DNA of 64,000 bases from a virus. Shown piece by piece: positions 1 to 8,216 of this stretch. The position numbers and the translations under genes were made by a program. Location: positions 64,001-128,000 of IMG/VR virus record IMGVR_UViG_3300002143_000172. One strand, given 5' to 3'. A model generated the notes under the pieces. That model made no database searches, was not told the origin of the DNA, and saw only the letters and a list, made by a program, of their open reading frames with translations. Every line of letters starts with the position of its first letter. Within the stretch, counting starts at the first letter, position 1.

Positions 1-89
1 AAAGGCAATGTCTTTGCGAACACTGCCTTCATAAATTCAGTTGACTCTGCTTGTTTGTGTTTTTCTTGTGTTAATTCTTTTAAGCTCAT
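1..89 (-). CDS. Heme oxygenase, N-terminal part (runs off window)
   Basis: Manual translation MSLKELTQEKHKQAESTEFMKAVFAKTLP resembles the heme oxygenase proximal helix (LKExTxxxHxxAExxxFM); ATGA overlap with clpS stop. Confidence 0.7.
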   Translation of the reverse strand, partial: MSLKELTQEKHKQAESTEFMKAVFAKTLP

Positions 90-394
90 TCAGCCTCCAT
101 TTTTACTACTAAGGGGAATCCATTTGCCCGTGCCATCTGTGTGGCATCCATAGTTTTTTGTTCTGCGATCTCGTGTGAATAAGTTCCGGCGATAGCACTG
201 CCTTCGTGATGGACTTTGATCGTTAATTCAACAGCGGCAGGTTCTGGATGTTTAAAAACCCTAACCAACATGGCTACTACAAATTCTACAGGAGTTACAT
301 CATCGTTACAAACGATGACATTAAATTTACTAGGTTCCTTAGGTTTACGGATACTAGTTTTTTTCTTCTCAATAACTTCGGTGTCTGTAGTCAT
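86..394 (-). CDS. clpS: ATP-dependent Clp protease adaptor ClpS
   Basis: FNVIVCNDDVTPVEFVV, VHHEGSAIAG, EIAEQK, ARANGFPL motifs. Confidence 0.95.
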   Translation of the reverse strand: MTTDTEVIEKKKTSIRKPKEPSKFNVIVCNDDVTPVEFVVAMLVRVFKHPEPAAVELTIKVHHEGSAIAGTYSHEIAEQKTMDATQMARANGFPLVVKMEAE

Positions 395-420
395 AATCTC
401 TATTTTTAAAAAGTTTTAAA

Positions 421-442
421 ATGGGGGCAGGAATGCCCCCAT
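421..442. terminator. Intrinsic terminator-like hairpin between hsp20 and clpS
   Basis: ATGGGGGCA-GGAA-TGCCCCCAT inverted repeat, followed by TTTT on the minus strand. Confidence 0.65.
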
Positions 443-448
443 TGCTAA

Positions 449-883
449 TTACTTAGCAGTGATTTTTAGCACCCGTGGCTTTAATGCTTCGGGGATAACA
501 CGCTTGAGTTCGATAGTTAGCACACCATTCTTAATAGTTAGCTCACCGACCTCCATGTGTTCTGCTAGGGTCCAGGAACGAGTAAAATCTCGTGTCGCTA
601 GTCCGCGGTGCAAATAAGCTGGTTCTTGTAGCTCAACTTCTTTGTGCTGACCCTTAACGATCATTTGAGTTTGATCAAGTTCAACTGTAATTTCTTCCTT
701 TTCAAATCCAGTAACAGCAATTTCGATCTCATAGGTATCGTCATCGTGTTTTAGGATATTGTAAGGGGGATAGTTTTGATTAATTTGATTTGCAAAACGA
801 TGTTCAAAATCGTTAAAAAGTGTATCAAAACCTAGAAGTGCTCTGTTGAGCGAGTTAGTATCGAAGCGTACAATTTGATTCAT
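449..883 (-). CDS. ibpA: Small heat-shock protein Hsp20 (IbpA-like)
   Basis: NYPPYNI, YLHRGLATRDFTRSWTL, NGVLTIEL alpha-crystallin motifs; SD AAGGAG. Confidence 0.95.
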   Translation of the reverse strand: MNQIVRFDTNSLNRALLGFDTLFNDFEHRFANQINQNYPPYNILKHDDDTYEIEIAVTGFEKEEITVELDQTQMIVKGQHKEVELQEPAYLHRGLATRDFTRSWTLAEHMEVGELTIKNGVLTIELKRVIPEALKPRVLKITAK

Positions 884-955
884 AATTTTCTCCTTTAATA
901 AGTAAGAATCATTTGGGCTCTATGCCCAGCGTAGCAGCCATTAGGTCTACTACAC
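884..955 (-). promoter_or_regulatory. ROSE-like RNA thermometer candidate in the hsp20 5'UTR
   Basis: Two upstream hairpins, then UUCUUACUU-AUU-AAAGGAGAA that can sequester the SD. Confidence 0.5.
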
Positions 956-963
956 AGTTATTT

Positions 964-992
964 ATTATAGATGAAATCAAAGTATTTGTCAA
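964..992 (-). promoter_or_regulatory. Consensus sigma70 promoter for hsp20
   Basis: TTGACA-17 bp-TATAAT on the minus strand; adjacent TAAATA. Confidence 0.85.
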
Positions 993-994
993 AT
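966..994. repeat. 29-bp direct repeat, copy 1 (copy 2 at 2250-2278)
   Basis: tatagatgaaatcaaagtatttgtcaaat is identical at both sites. Confidence 0.95.
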
Positions 995-2239
995 TGATTT
1001 TTGAAACAACCAAAGATCTTCAAAATTTCCATCTCTAGTTTTTTTGGCTTGTCTAGAGCCCGAAATAGCACTCCACTGAACTTTATAATGTGTTGCTTTA
1101 CCAAAGTGCGCTTCTGCGATATCACGCATGTCTTGACTAATTGTAACTTCTTCTTTGGCCTTATTCCTATAGTTACTAATAACAAATGCAAGGCGGCCAT
1201 CGGGCTTTAACACTTGTTTAGCAATCATAATTGTAGATTCCCAATAGTTAAGTAACCAATCTTCGTAGTTTGGATAGTTGGTAAAACTCTGTTCTTCACC
1301 TGGATAAATTTCTAAATCGTAGTAGGGCGGACTGAACAAGACTGCGTCTACTTGTTCTTTATACTTCTCACCAAACTGATGTCGTTTGTTTAATTCTTCA
1401 CTTGGACACAAGTACAAGTCTATTTCTTTGTCGGCAATTTCAAATAAACTAGCATCTCTGTATTTTTGCCATTCAGCATGTAACTTGTTTCCGTTATCTA
1501 CTACTTCTGGAATAACATCTGTACTAATAAACTTCTTCCAATTACTATTATAAAATCCAAGCTGATAAGCGTTCCAGCCCATACACGGCGCAAAGATTGT
1601 ATCACCTTCAAATAGTTCTTCCATAATACCCCGGTAAGTTACAGGGTTAAAAATACTAGCACGATTACAGCCCATCATAAAGTCTGTCCAGAACTGTCCA
1701 TAATCGCTATCGATCTTACAGATGTGATCAAAGAATGCCGGCCCAACTAAACTATTGCGTAGTTTGAAATCTTCAAACATAGCCTTCATTAGGCCAACGA
1801 CATATTCAAAGTCGTTACTGTATAACTTCTTAGTGTTATAGAAATTTTCAAAGTTTATATTTTTACAAAGTCTGCCATACTTAGAATGAGTGCGCCCAGC
1901 AAATGTATTACCTTCTAATATACTAGCCGGTGGAATCTGAAAATAGAAATTCATATCGGTAATTGCTACCGTACGACGGTACCATGATTCTAGTACCACT
2001 TCGGGTTCTTGTACTATCATCTTGTACAATTTTAGTTTATAATCGTTTAATCTAGCCGCACGATTATCCTTCTTTGCTACACGAGTAACAAAAGTATCTA
2101 GATCACTGCGTACAACAAAATTACCAGAAGTATCGCTACCGTTAAGTACAGATAGTTTTGCAGAAAAGTCGTTAAACGAGACATTTTTTTGTAAGTTGAA
2201 TAAGTTTAAGAATTGTTGTAAGGTATATTTCATAGTCAC
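989..2239 (-). CDS. Putative amino (N4C/N6A) DNA methyltransferase
   Basis: SPPYY catalytic motif, degenerate motif I (FAPCMGW), LKPDGRL motif. Confidence 0.75.
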   Translation of the reverse strand: MTMKYTLQQFLNLFNLQKNVSFNDFSAKLSVLNGSDTSGNFVVRSDLDTFVTRVAKKDNRAARLNDYKLKLYKMIVQEPEVVLESWYRRTVAITDMNFYFQIPPASILEGNTFAGRTHSKYGRLCKNINFENFYNTKKLYSNDFEYVVGLMKAMFEDFKLRNSLVGPAFFDHICKIDSDYGQFWTDFMMGCNRASIFNPVTYRGIMEELFEGDTIFAPCMGWNAYQLGFYNSNWKKFISTDVIPEVVDNGNKLHAEWQKYRDASLFEIADKEIDLYLCPSEELNKRHQFGEKYKEQVDAVLFSPPYYDLEIYPGEEQSFTNYPNYEDWLLNYWESTIMIAKQVLKPDGRLAFVISNYRNKAKEEVTISQDMRDIAEAHFGKATHYKVQWSAISGSRQAKKTRDGNFEDLWLFQKSI

Positions 2240-2240
2240 G

Positions 2241-2278
2241 TATTTATAATATAGATGAAATCAAAGTATTTGTCAAAT
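2241..2278 (-). promoter_or_regulatory. Sigma70-type promoter plus TATAAATA late box; contains direct-repeat copy 2 (2250-2278)
   Basis: TTGACA-17-TATATT followed by TATAAATA. Confidence 0.8.
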
Positions 2279-2289
2279 GAATTGTATTT

Positions 2290-2577
2290 TTATAAGTCAT
2301 CATCGATAACATGATCTGCTACTCCGTTTGGGATTTTATCCAAATAGTGTTGTTTATAGGCCGCCTTTTCTTTTTCTAAATCGTATGTACTAATGACAGA
2401 TTCGTTAAGAGCCTTGTAAATTGGATGTAGTAATTTTTCCATTATCCTGCGGCTCATTTCTTCTAATACTTGTTCTGTATCTTTACCTTGTGCAATCTGC
2501 ATCATAGCGTGGCCGTGTTCAAACATAGCCACTCGTTTAGACCACTCTTCATAACTTTCGTTTGTATATGGCTTCAT
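2290..2577 (-). CDS. Stand-alone glutamyl-tRNA reductase dimerisation-domain-like protein
   Basis: AMMQIAQGKDTEQVLEEMSRRIMEKLLHP resembles the HemA C-terminal helices; start set at ATGA overlap. Confidence 0.5.
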   Translation of the reverse strand: MKPYTNESYEEWSKRVAMFEHGHAMMQIAQGKDTEQVLEEMSRRIMEKLLHPIYKALNESVISTYDLEKEKAAYKQHYLDKIPNGVADHVIDDDL

Positions 2578-2801
2578 CCGCTCCACCTTAGCAAGAACAA
2601 GGTCAAATACTTCGGCTCTTTAAAAATAAAGGTGGTATTTCCAAACATACTGCTCATGGCCCATTTGCGACCGTTGTCCCAGTCCACGCTATCAGTGCCC
2701 CACCCACCTGCTCCTACATTGTCGTGGCACCATTGTTCCATCTTACTGTTAAGGTGATACCGGTTTCTGCCAACGGTAATACAGTGTGTGCGCGGAATCA
2801 T
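2574..2801 (-). CDS. Small hypothetical protein, FxL(R/K)W family
   Basis: MEQWC...FIFKEPKYLTLFLLRWSG; ATGA coupling. Confidence 0.75.
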   Translation of the reverse strand: MIPRTHCITVGRNRYHLNSKMEQWCHDNVGAGGWGTDSVDWDNGRKWAMSSMFGNTTFIFKEPKYLTLFLLRWSG

Positions 2802-3082
2802 GACCATCTTAATATAAACATTGTAGCGTCTTTCGGATCTTCAAAAATAAAGTGCCTACCGTTTCGATAGTAAGTACCTTTTGTATTTTCTTCAACCCAA
2901 TAGGTAATATCAACTGCGTGATGATTGTCTATGAATTTAGCTAAGTTAACCAATTGCCAACCTTGTTCCTCGAGCATGGTTACTCGTATACCCCAAAGTA
3001 TTTCTGCATCGATCTCTCGGGCCATTTGGTTAGCCATCTTGTTGGCTAGTTCTTCCTCTAATGGCATATTAGAAATATTCAT
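2798..3082 (-). CDS. Small hypothetical protein, FxL(R/K)W family
   Basis: YWVEEN...FIFEDPKDATMFILRWS. Confidence 0.75.
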   Translation of the reverse strand: MNISNMPLEEELANKMANQMAREIDAEILWGIRVTMLEEQGWQLVNLAKFIDNHHAVDITYWVEENTKGTYYRNGRHFIFEDPKDATMFILRWS

Positions 3083-3290
3083 CTGGTTCCGCAAAGTAAT
3101 CCCAACCTTTCCCACCTAGCATTTTCAGTAGGTCCCATTTGTCTTCTTCACGCTTACACGCTTCGGGCATAGCATCACTACCCACTACACACTCGCATTG
3201 GGCACAAAAATAATTCACTCCGTATGTAGGTTCGTCATAGTAGGCAACTCCGCCACAGGGTAATACCATATAGTCCGAATAATCAATCAT
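3069..3290 (-). CDS. Small Cys-rich hypothetical protein (possible Zn ribbon)
   Basis: PCGG...CAQC...C; ATGA coupling. Confidence 0.7.
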   Translation of the reverse strand: MIDYSDYMVLPCGGVAYYDEPTYGVNYFCAQCECVVGSDAMPEACKREEDKWDLLKMLGGKGWDYFAEPDEYF

Positions 3291-3523
3291 GAGAACCTCA
3301 ACAAAAACATTAGATACTTTTTTTCATCTACAATTTTAGTAGGTCCAGCTAGACCGGGACCGTATATACCAGTATGAATCAGCATCGGAACCCAATCTAT
3401 TCCATGTTCGGAAATCATATGAGATTTCAATGCCCTGGTGTCAAGTAGAAGTTCAATAGGAGCTGTTGCCTCCCATCGGTCTATAGCTTTGAAAAATGCG
3501 TCATCATTTATTGTATGTGTCAT
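3287..3523 (-). CDS. Small hypothetical protein, FxL(R/K)W family (divergent)
   Basis: C-terminus IVDEKKYLMFLLRFS. Confidence 0.7.
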   Translation of the reverse strand: MTHTINDDAFFKAIDRWEATAPIELLLDTRALKSHMISEHGIDWVPMLIHTGIYGPGLAGPTKIVDEKKYLMFLLRFS

Positions 3524-3789
3524 GACCACCTCAGGATAAACATGGTCATATCTCTCTCATCTTTAAAGTAGAACTTCTTTTTCTTTTCAAACCAACGGGC
3601 ACCACTTTTTCCAAATTGTTCTTTGGACCATTCTATAGCAGGAGTGACGGTATCATCATACTTATTTTTTTCAGTAACGGGCAATGATACCCAATGGTAT
3701 TCCATCCCCCAGCCGCTAGCTTTTCCTGTTCGCATGGGCTCGAGCTCGGACTCCAGCTGGATACCGTTAAAAATATTAGCTATACTCAT
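3520..3789 (-). CDS. Small hypothetical protein, FxL(R/K)W family
   Basis: IEWSKEQFG...RW...FYFKDERDMTMFILRWS. Confidence 0.75.
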   Translation of the reverse strand: MSIANIFNGIQLESELEPMRTGKASGWGMEYHWVSLPVTEKNKYDDTVTPAIEWSKEQFGKSGARWFEKKKKFYFKDERDMTMFILRWS

Positions 3790-4075
3790 TTGCCCACCGT
3801 AATATAAACCATGTTAAATCTTTCTTATCACGGAACCAAATCTTGGCATTGTTAGTGTACCATCTCTGATTTGGAAAAATAATCCCCGGTCGACTAACAT
3901 CAATCTTTACAGGACCGAAAGTGTTAACACACCATTCAACCATATGGTTCCATCTGCGTTCTTCTTCATCGAGCACCTCGATAAGATTAATTATCCCTTC
4001 ATGTTCGGGATGTCCGATACCTACTACATGGTATTCAAACCCGTAGACATTACCGCGATATGTAGTAAGGTTCAT
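3776..4075 (-). CDS. Small hypothetical protein, FxL(R/K)W family
   Basis: VEWCVNTFG...RWY...IWFRDKKDLTWFILRWA; TAATG coupling. Confidence 0.75.
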   Translation of the reverse strand: MNLTTYRGNVYGFEYHVVGIGHPEHEGIINLIEVLDEEERRWNHMVEWCVNTFGPVKIDVSRPGIIFPNQRWYTNNAKIWFRDKKDLTWFILRWANEYS

Positions 4076-4263
4076 TAAGGCCCCCACTTTAACAGAAACA
4101 TAAGATGGTCCTGTTTATTTAAAAAGTATATTTTAGGAAACCTACAGAAATATCTATTGCTATTGCCGTAGGTCTCTTCAAGCCACTCTAGTATTTCTCT
4201 AGAAAGAAAACTACCATTGAGTTCAATTACATGATACTCGTGATCTAAAGTGATCGTTGGCAT
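4075..4263 (-). CDS. Small hypothetical protein, FxL(R/K)W family
   Basis: LEWLEETYG...IYFLNKQDHLMFLLKWGP. Confidence 0.75.
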   Translation of the reverse strand: MPTITLDHEYHVIELNGSFLSREILEWLEETYGNSNRYFCRFPKIYFLNKQDHLMFLLKWGP

Positions 4264-4266
4264 CGA

Positions 4267-5091
4267 TCATACTTCAAAAGTAAAGTTAGGATCAAAGCCA
4301 TTTCCCTCTTCCCAAGGACAGTAGCCCCGCGGGTTACAGATTACACGGGCGCCCCCGATCATGTAGTCAACTGGATCATGCATATGACCATGCACCCAGA
4401 ACTTAATCTGCGGATGATCTAAAATCAAATCACTCAGGTCAGATGCATAGGCACCGTTAACCACAGTATCATGCAGATACTTTGCGTTAACACTGGCAAA
4501 GCTAGGGGCCATGTGTGTAATGACCACAATGGGTTTATCCTTATTCAATTCCAAAATAGTTCCAAAATACTGCTTAGTCTTGAAATGTGCCGTTGCGGTA
4601 TCTTCCGGAGTTAACTTGTGATAGAGATTCTTTGCAGGATAAAAATTTTGAATAACCCGGTAGTCATTCATAACTCCCTTAATCGTGTATCTAGTCACAT
4701 GATCCCCCTTGTTAAGGTCTGTCCAAAGGGTAGCACCCAAAAATAGCACACCTTTGTACTCCTCAACTTCGTTCTCCAACAGGCTAACATTCTTTGGAAG
4801 GACTGATTTGAGTAGGTTGTAGGTCTTGTCAAAGCGGCCGCCGTAATGGTCGTGATTTCCCATAATCATAAACACCTTTTCGTATTTGGCAGTCACAAAT
4901 TCAAAAAAGTCCGAGCAAGGGAATCCACCGGGCTGCCGGTCCAGAAGCTTGGTGCTGTGAAATTCTTTGTGAAGATTTCGGGCCTCACAAGCATCTCCGG
5001 CAATGATCAGCACTTCTCCCCCTGGAAGATCTAGGTACTTAGATATATCAAGATGGAGGTCGCTAACTAGTGAGATTTTCATTGTATACAT
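4267..5091 (-). CDS. Calcineurin-like metallophosphoesterase
   Basis: SDLH, AGD, GNHD, THMAP, HGHMH motifs. Confidence 0.9.
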   Translation of the reverse strand: MYTMKISLVSDLHLDISKYLDLPGGEVLIIAGDACEARNLHKEFHSTKLLDRQPGGFPCSDFFEFVTAKYEKVFMIMGNHDHYGGRFDKTYNLLKSVLPKNVSLLENEVEEYKGVLFLGATLWTDLNKGDHVTRYTIKGVMNDYRVIQNFYPAKNLYHKLTPEDTATAHFKTKQYFGTILELNKDKPIVVITHMAPSFASVNAKYLHDTVVNGAYASDLSDLILDHPQIKFWVHGHMHDPVDYMIGGARVICNPRGYCPWEEGNGFDPNFTFEV

Positions 5092-5109
5092 CCGGTAAAA
5101 TTAATTATT

Positions 5110-5139
5110 ATTATACAATGAAAATTGGTTTTTTGTCAA
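5110..5139 (-). promoter_or_regulatory. Sigma70-type promoter
   Basis: TTGACA-18-TATAAT upstream of the phosphoesterase/small-gene operon. Confidence 0.7.
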
Positions 5140-5146
5140 GAGAAAA

Positions 5147-5347
5147 TTATCGAGCAACAGCCTTAAAGATTCCAGTCCAGCGTTCAATATCATCCGCAGT
5201 GGGGGTAGCTTCGGGCAAAGATACATCCTGCTTTAGTATTTCTTCGTTATTTAGAGATTTGGTTATCAACAGCTCTGCACCTCGTTTGGATATTCTCCTA
5301 ACTGTTAATGTATAGATTCCATCTTTTAATTTATAAAGTTCTTCCAT
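5147..5347 (-). CDS. Hypothetical protein (paralogue of 6908-7069)
   Basis: Shares ISKRGAELLITKS..NEE.LKQDVSLPE with the 6908-7069 ORF. Confidence 0.7.
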   Translation of the reverse strand: MEELYKLKDGIYTLTVRRISKRGAELLITKSLNNEEILKQDVSLPEATPTADDIERWTGIFKAVAR

Positions 5348-6381
5348 TACCGATTTTCCCAGTGTTTGTAAATATTATCCAACGCTTGTTCTGCCGCTAT
5401 TTCAATCTGTTTTAGGTATCCAACAGGGTCATTTAATAAAAATTGATCTTGTGCATCTAGATATGTTTTTAGATTTCGTTGTATAAAATCTTTCCAATGC
5501 CGGTTCAACTCGTTACCTAATAATGATGAAATCTGATCAGCCAATTCGTCGGGCTTGTTTTCTAAAATAGCACGATAAGGCAATACACTACACTCGTTGT
5601 CTACATAATGTCTGTAGGAATTTACTATCTTATACGGAGCATGTTTATGTTCTGGAATTGTTTCTATTACACAATTAACTATATCTTTCTTTTTAACAAA
5701 ACTCTCATCTATATGATGAATCAGTTTATAGTATTTCAGCATGGTCCTAAAAATAGCATAGGCAACTATTGGAAAATACTCCTGTCTTTTTCTATTTTTA
5801 AGAACATGCGCCGCAATGTCTTTGTATTGTTCTCCAAACTTCGATGTTAAATTTTTAACACATTTTGAAATCCAAGTTCGATTATTAAAAAAATCCTCAT
5901 CGACAAAAGCAGGAGGAGTAGAATCTAATCTATTTTTTAATTGTTGTAACAATGTTATCACGAGTTTTTCTTTTACAGATTCTTGTGTGATTACTAATAT
6001 GCGACAATTTGGAAATAGATTCCTATACAGGGGTATATTGCTAAAGTCGTGAGTCCAAACAACTTCGGGCTGACAGTCTACAGTTTGATACTGATCAGTT
6101 ATAAGATCTTTGTAGTATGTTAATTTTTCTTCTGGAGTATTGAATTGAGATTGGAAACGCATCCCACAATCTAAATAATCTCTCCTCTCTATTTTTTTAA
6201 TCGACTCTGCATGAGCATGTCCCGAAGAAGACAGAACTACATCACTTTCTATATTATAATGTATTTTAGACACTAGATTAAAAATAAAATTTCCGCCGGC
6301 ACCCGGATGGAATATTATAAATTTATGGGGGAGGGCAAATATAGAAGTATTATTCAACATCGTAATCAATATTGGTAACAA
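5347..6381 (-). CDS. Sulfotransferase-like / P-loop-fold protein
   Basis: N-terminal FHPGAGGNF resembles a PAPS-binding loop; long ORF. Confidence 0.5.
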   Translation of the reverse strand: MLPILITMLNNTSIFALPHKFIIFHPGAGGNFIFNLVSKIHYNIESDVVLSSSGHAHAESIKKIERRDYLDCGMRFQSQFNTPEEKLTYYKDLITDQYQTVDCQPEVVWTHDFSNIPLYRNLFPNCRILVITQESVKEKLVITLLQQLKNRLDSTPPAFVDEDFFNNRTWISKCVKNLTSKFGEQYKDIAAHVLKNRKRQEYFPIVAYAIFRTMLKYYKLIHHIDESFVKKKDIVNCVIETIPEHKHAPYKIVNSYRHYVDNECSVLPYRAILENKPDELADQISSLLGNELNRHWKDFIQRNLKTYLDAQDQFLLNDPVGYLKQIEIAAEQALDNIYKHWENR

Positions 6382-6856
6382 ATTCCTGCATCTTTAGATG
6401 CTCTCGATTTTTTACATATATGCCAGGACTGCGTGAACCGATTCCAGAAACATCAAAATAGTTGTTAAATTTAACACCAAATTTACTAAAGTCAACATTG
6501 GTATCTTTATGGGCACCGATGGTTATTATAAAGTTAGGTTTGCGTACATTGTTCTTTACCAATCGATTCATCAAACTATAAGTAGTCTCGGCGCCCTTGC
6601 TAAATCCGTAGAGTTCATAGTAGCCTGCTGAGTTATTGATAATATTGTAGGCCACGGTTTCTTGTCGCCAAGAAACAACTATTGGGAGTAGTTTCCTAGA
6701 TTTGGCAAATTTAAAAAATGCCTGATGATCAAATGTTTCGTTTAGACCTGTAAAGCCGATTATGAAACCGTAATAAGTTGGCCGCGATGCTTCAACTGCG
6801 GTTGTGATACTACCAAATATTAAAATAATAAAAACATTTATGATAAACTTTTTCAT
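6350..6856 (-). CDS. Secreted alpha/beta-hydrolase-like protein
   Basis: Signal peptide; nucleophile elbow YGFSKGA. Confidence 0.6.
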   Translation of the reverse strand: MKKFIINVFIILIFGSITTAVEASRPTYYGFIIGFTGLNETFDHQAFFKFAKSRKLLPIVVSWRQETVAYNIINNSAGYYELYGFSKGAETTYSLMNRLVKNNVRKPNFIITIGAHKDTNVDFSKFGVKFNNYFDVSGIGSRSPGIYVKNREHLKMQEFVTNIDYDVE

Positions 6857-6907
6857 TAGGCATATGGATTGATTAAGTTAAAATTAATATTTCGTTTATT
6901 CTTTTCA

Positions 6908-7069
6908 TTAATTCCAGCTCACATTATAAGTTTCAGGAAGTGACACATCCTGTTTTAATACTTCTTCGTTACTGGGAGATTTGGTTATTAATAGTTCTGC
7001 GCCTCTTTTGGAAATTTTTTTAACTATTAAGGTATGTGCAGAACTATCTATTCTATAAAGCTCTGACAT
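6908..7069 (-). CDS. Truncated paralogue of 5147-5347 (53 aa, absent from ORF track)
   Basis: Manual translation MSELYRIDSSAHTLIVKKISKRGAELLITKSPSNEEVLKQDVSLPETYNVSWN. Confidence 0.65.
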   Translation of the reverse strand: MSELYRIDSSAHTLIVKKISKRGAELLITKSPSNEEVLKQDVSLPETYNVSWN

Positions 7070-7071
7070 CT

Positions 7072-7542
7072 TTAAATATCTTTTAGCATCTTATAAAATT
7101 GAGGCATAAAATCAACGGATTTTGCACTTGCCAATCTAGCGGCATTATCCACATGAACAAAACTGGTTATTTGGTTAGCACCTAATTTCTTAGACATTTT
7201 TTCAAATTCATAATGCATTATCTTGTATAAGCCTCTTTTTCTGTATGCTTGATCGATAGCACTAAGCACAATAAATGTTTGTCGTTGATCGCTTTTATAA
7301 TTAAACATAATATGGCCAACGATTTTTTTATCGATTTCTATATATATAGCTTGAGTTTTTGAATTATATCCCGGCCAGGAAACTCCGTGACCATTTTCTA
7401 TCAGCTCAGCTAACTGTTTATAAAAAAACGACATTAGTTCTGTAGGTCCTAACCCTGTTTGATTACAAAATTTAATATCTACAGTCGCACCCTTTTTATC
7501 AGTTGCGGTTCCTAATGAAGTTACAGTAAAATTTGTGGTCAT
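7072..7542 (-). CDS. GNAT-family acetyltransferase
   Basis: AIDQAYRKRGLY acetyl-CoA motif A; VHVDN. Confidence 0.8.
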   Translation of the reverse strand: MTTNFTVTSLGTATDKKGATVDIKFCNQTGLGPTELMSFFYKQLAELIENGHGVSWPGYNSKTQAIYIEIDKKIVGHIMFNYKSDQRQTFIVLSAIDQAYRKRGLYKIMHYEFEKMSKKLGANQITSFVHVDNAARLASAKSVDFMPQFYKMLKDI

Positions 7543-7579
7543 TTAACACCTTGAATTATCATGGTATTTATTTACAGGT

Positions 7580-8110
7580 CTATCGAGGCCTAATTTTTAG
7601 TTTGGTATAGATATTTTGTACACCCACTGACTGACGAATAGCATCTTGTAGTGCATCATGGAGGCCCCCTTTAGGCATATCTGGATCAAATCCTAAATCA
7701 AAGATTGTGCGTGTATCGCGGATTTGCCAGTAATTCCAGGGCAGAGGTTTTCCAAGCTGGCGATAGATATTTTCTAGGATAGTGATATCGAAGGTAGAAC
7801 CGTGTGCCCAAAATGCATCACAGCCCCAGGCAAACTTATGAAATCGGTCCATTGCTTCTACAAGGGGAACTCGATTGTCCGGACTAAATGCTTCTTCCAT
7901 TACTTTGGCATCTTGCTTAGCCCACCAATCTAGTGTGTTTGGATCTACTTCCCGGCCGAGAGCATCCTGATCGTCGATATTGATACGCATATAGAGTTTG
8001 TCGCTATATCCGTTTCCGTAGGGATTAAAGTGTACAGCGCCCAATGAAAGGACAACTGCATTTGGGGAAACTGCCATAGTTTCCATATCTACCATAAGAT
8101 GTTTGGCCAT
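7580..8110 (-). CDS. DEDDh 3'-5' exonuclease (DexA/Rv2179c-like)
   Basis: MVDMET, FDITIL, RDTRT, HDALQDA. Confidence 0.9.
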   Translation of the reverse strand: MAKHLMVDMETMAVSPNAVVLSLGAVHFNPYGNGYSDKLYMRINIDDQDALGREVDPNTLDWWAKQDAKVMEEAFSPDNRVPLVEAMDRFHKFAWGCDAFWAHGSTFDITILENIYRQLGKPLPWNYWQIRDTRTIFDLGFDPDMPKGGLHDALQDAIRQSVGVQNIYTKLKIRPR

Positions 8111-8133
8111 TGTAGTCTTTCTATTAAAATACT

Positions 8134-8162
8134 ATTATACTGTTTTCTTTTATCTAAGTCAA
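8134..8162 (-). promoter_or_regulatory. Sigma70-type promoter
   Basis: TTGACT-17-TATAAT. Confidence 0.75.
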
Positions 8163-8216
8163 CTGAAATTAAACATTAAATACAGTTATTATTTGATAAG
8201 TAACCTAAAGGACCAA

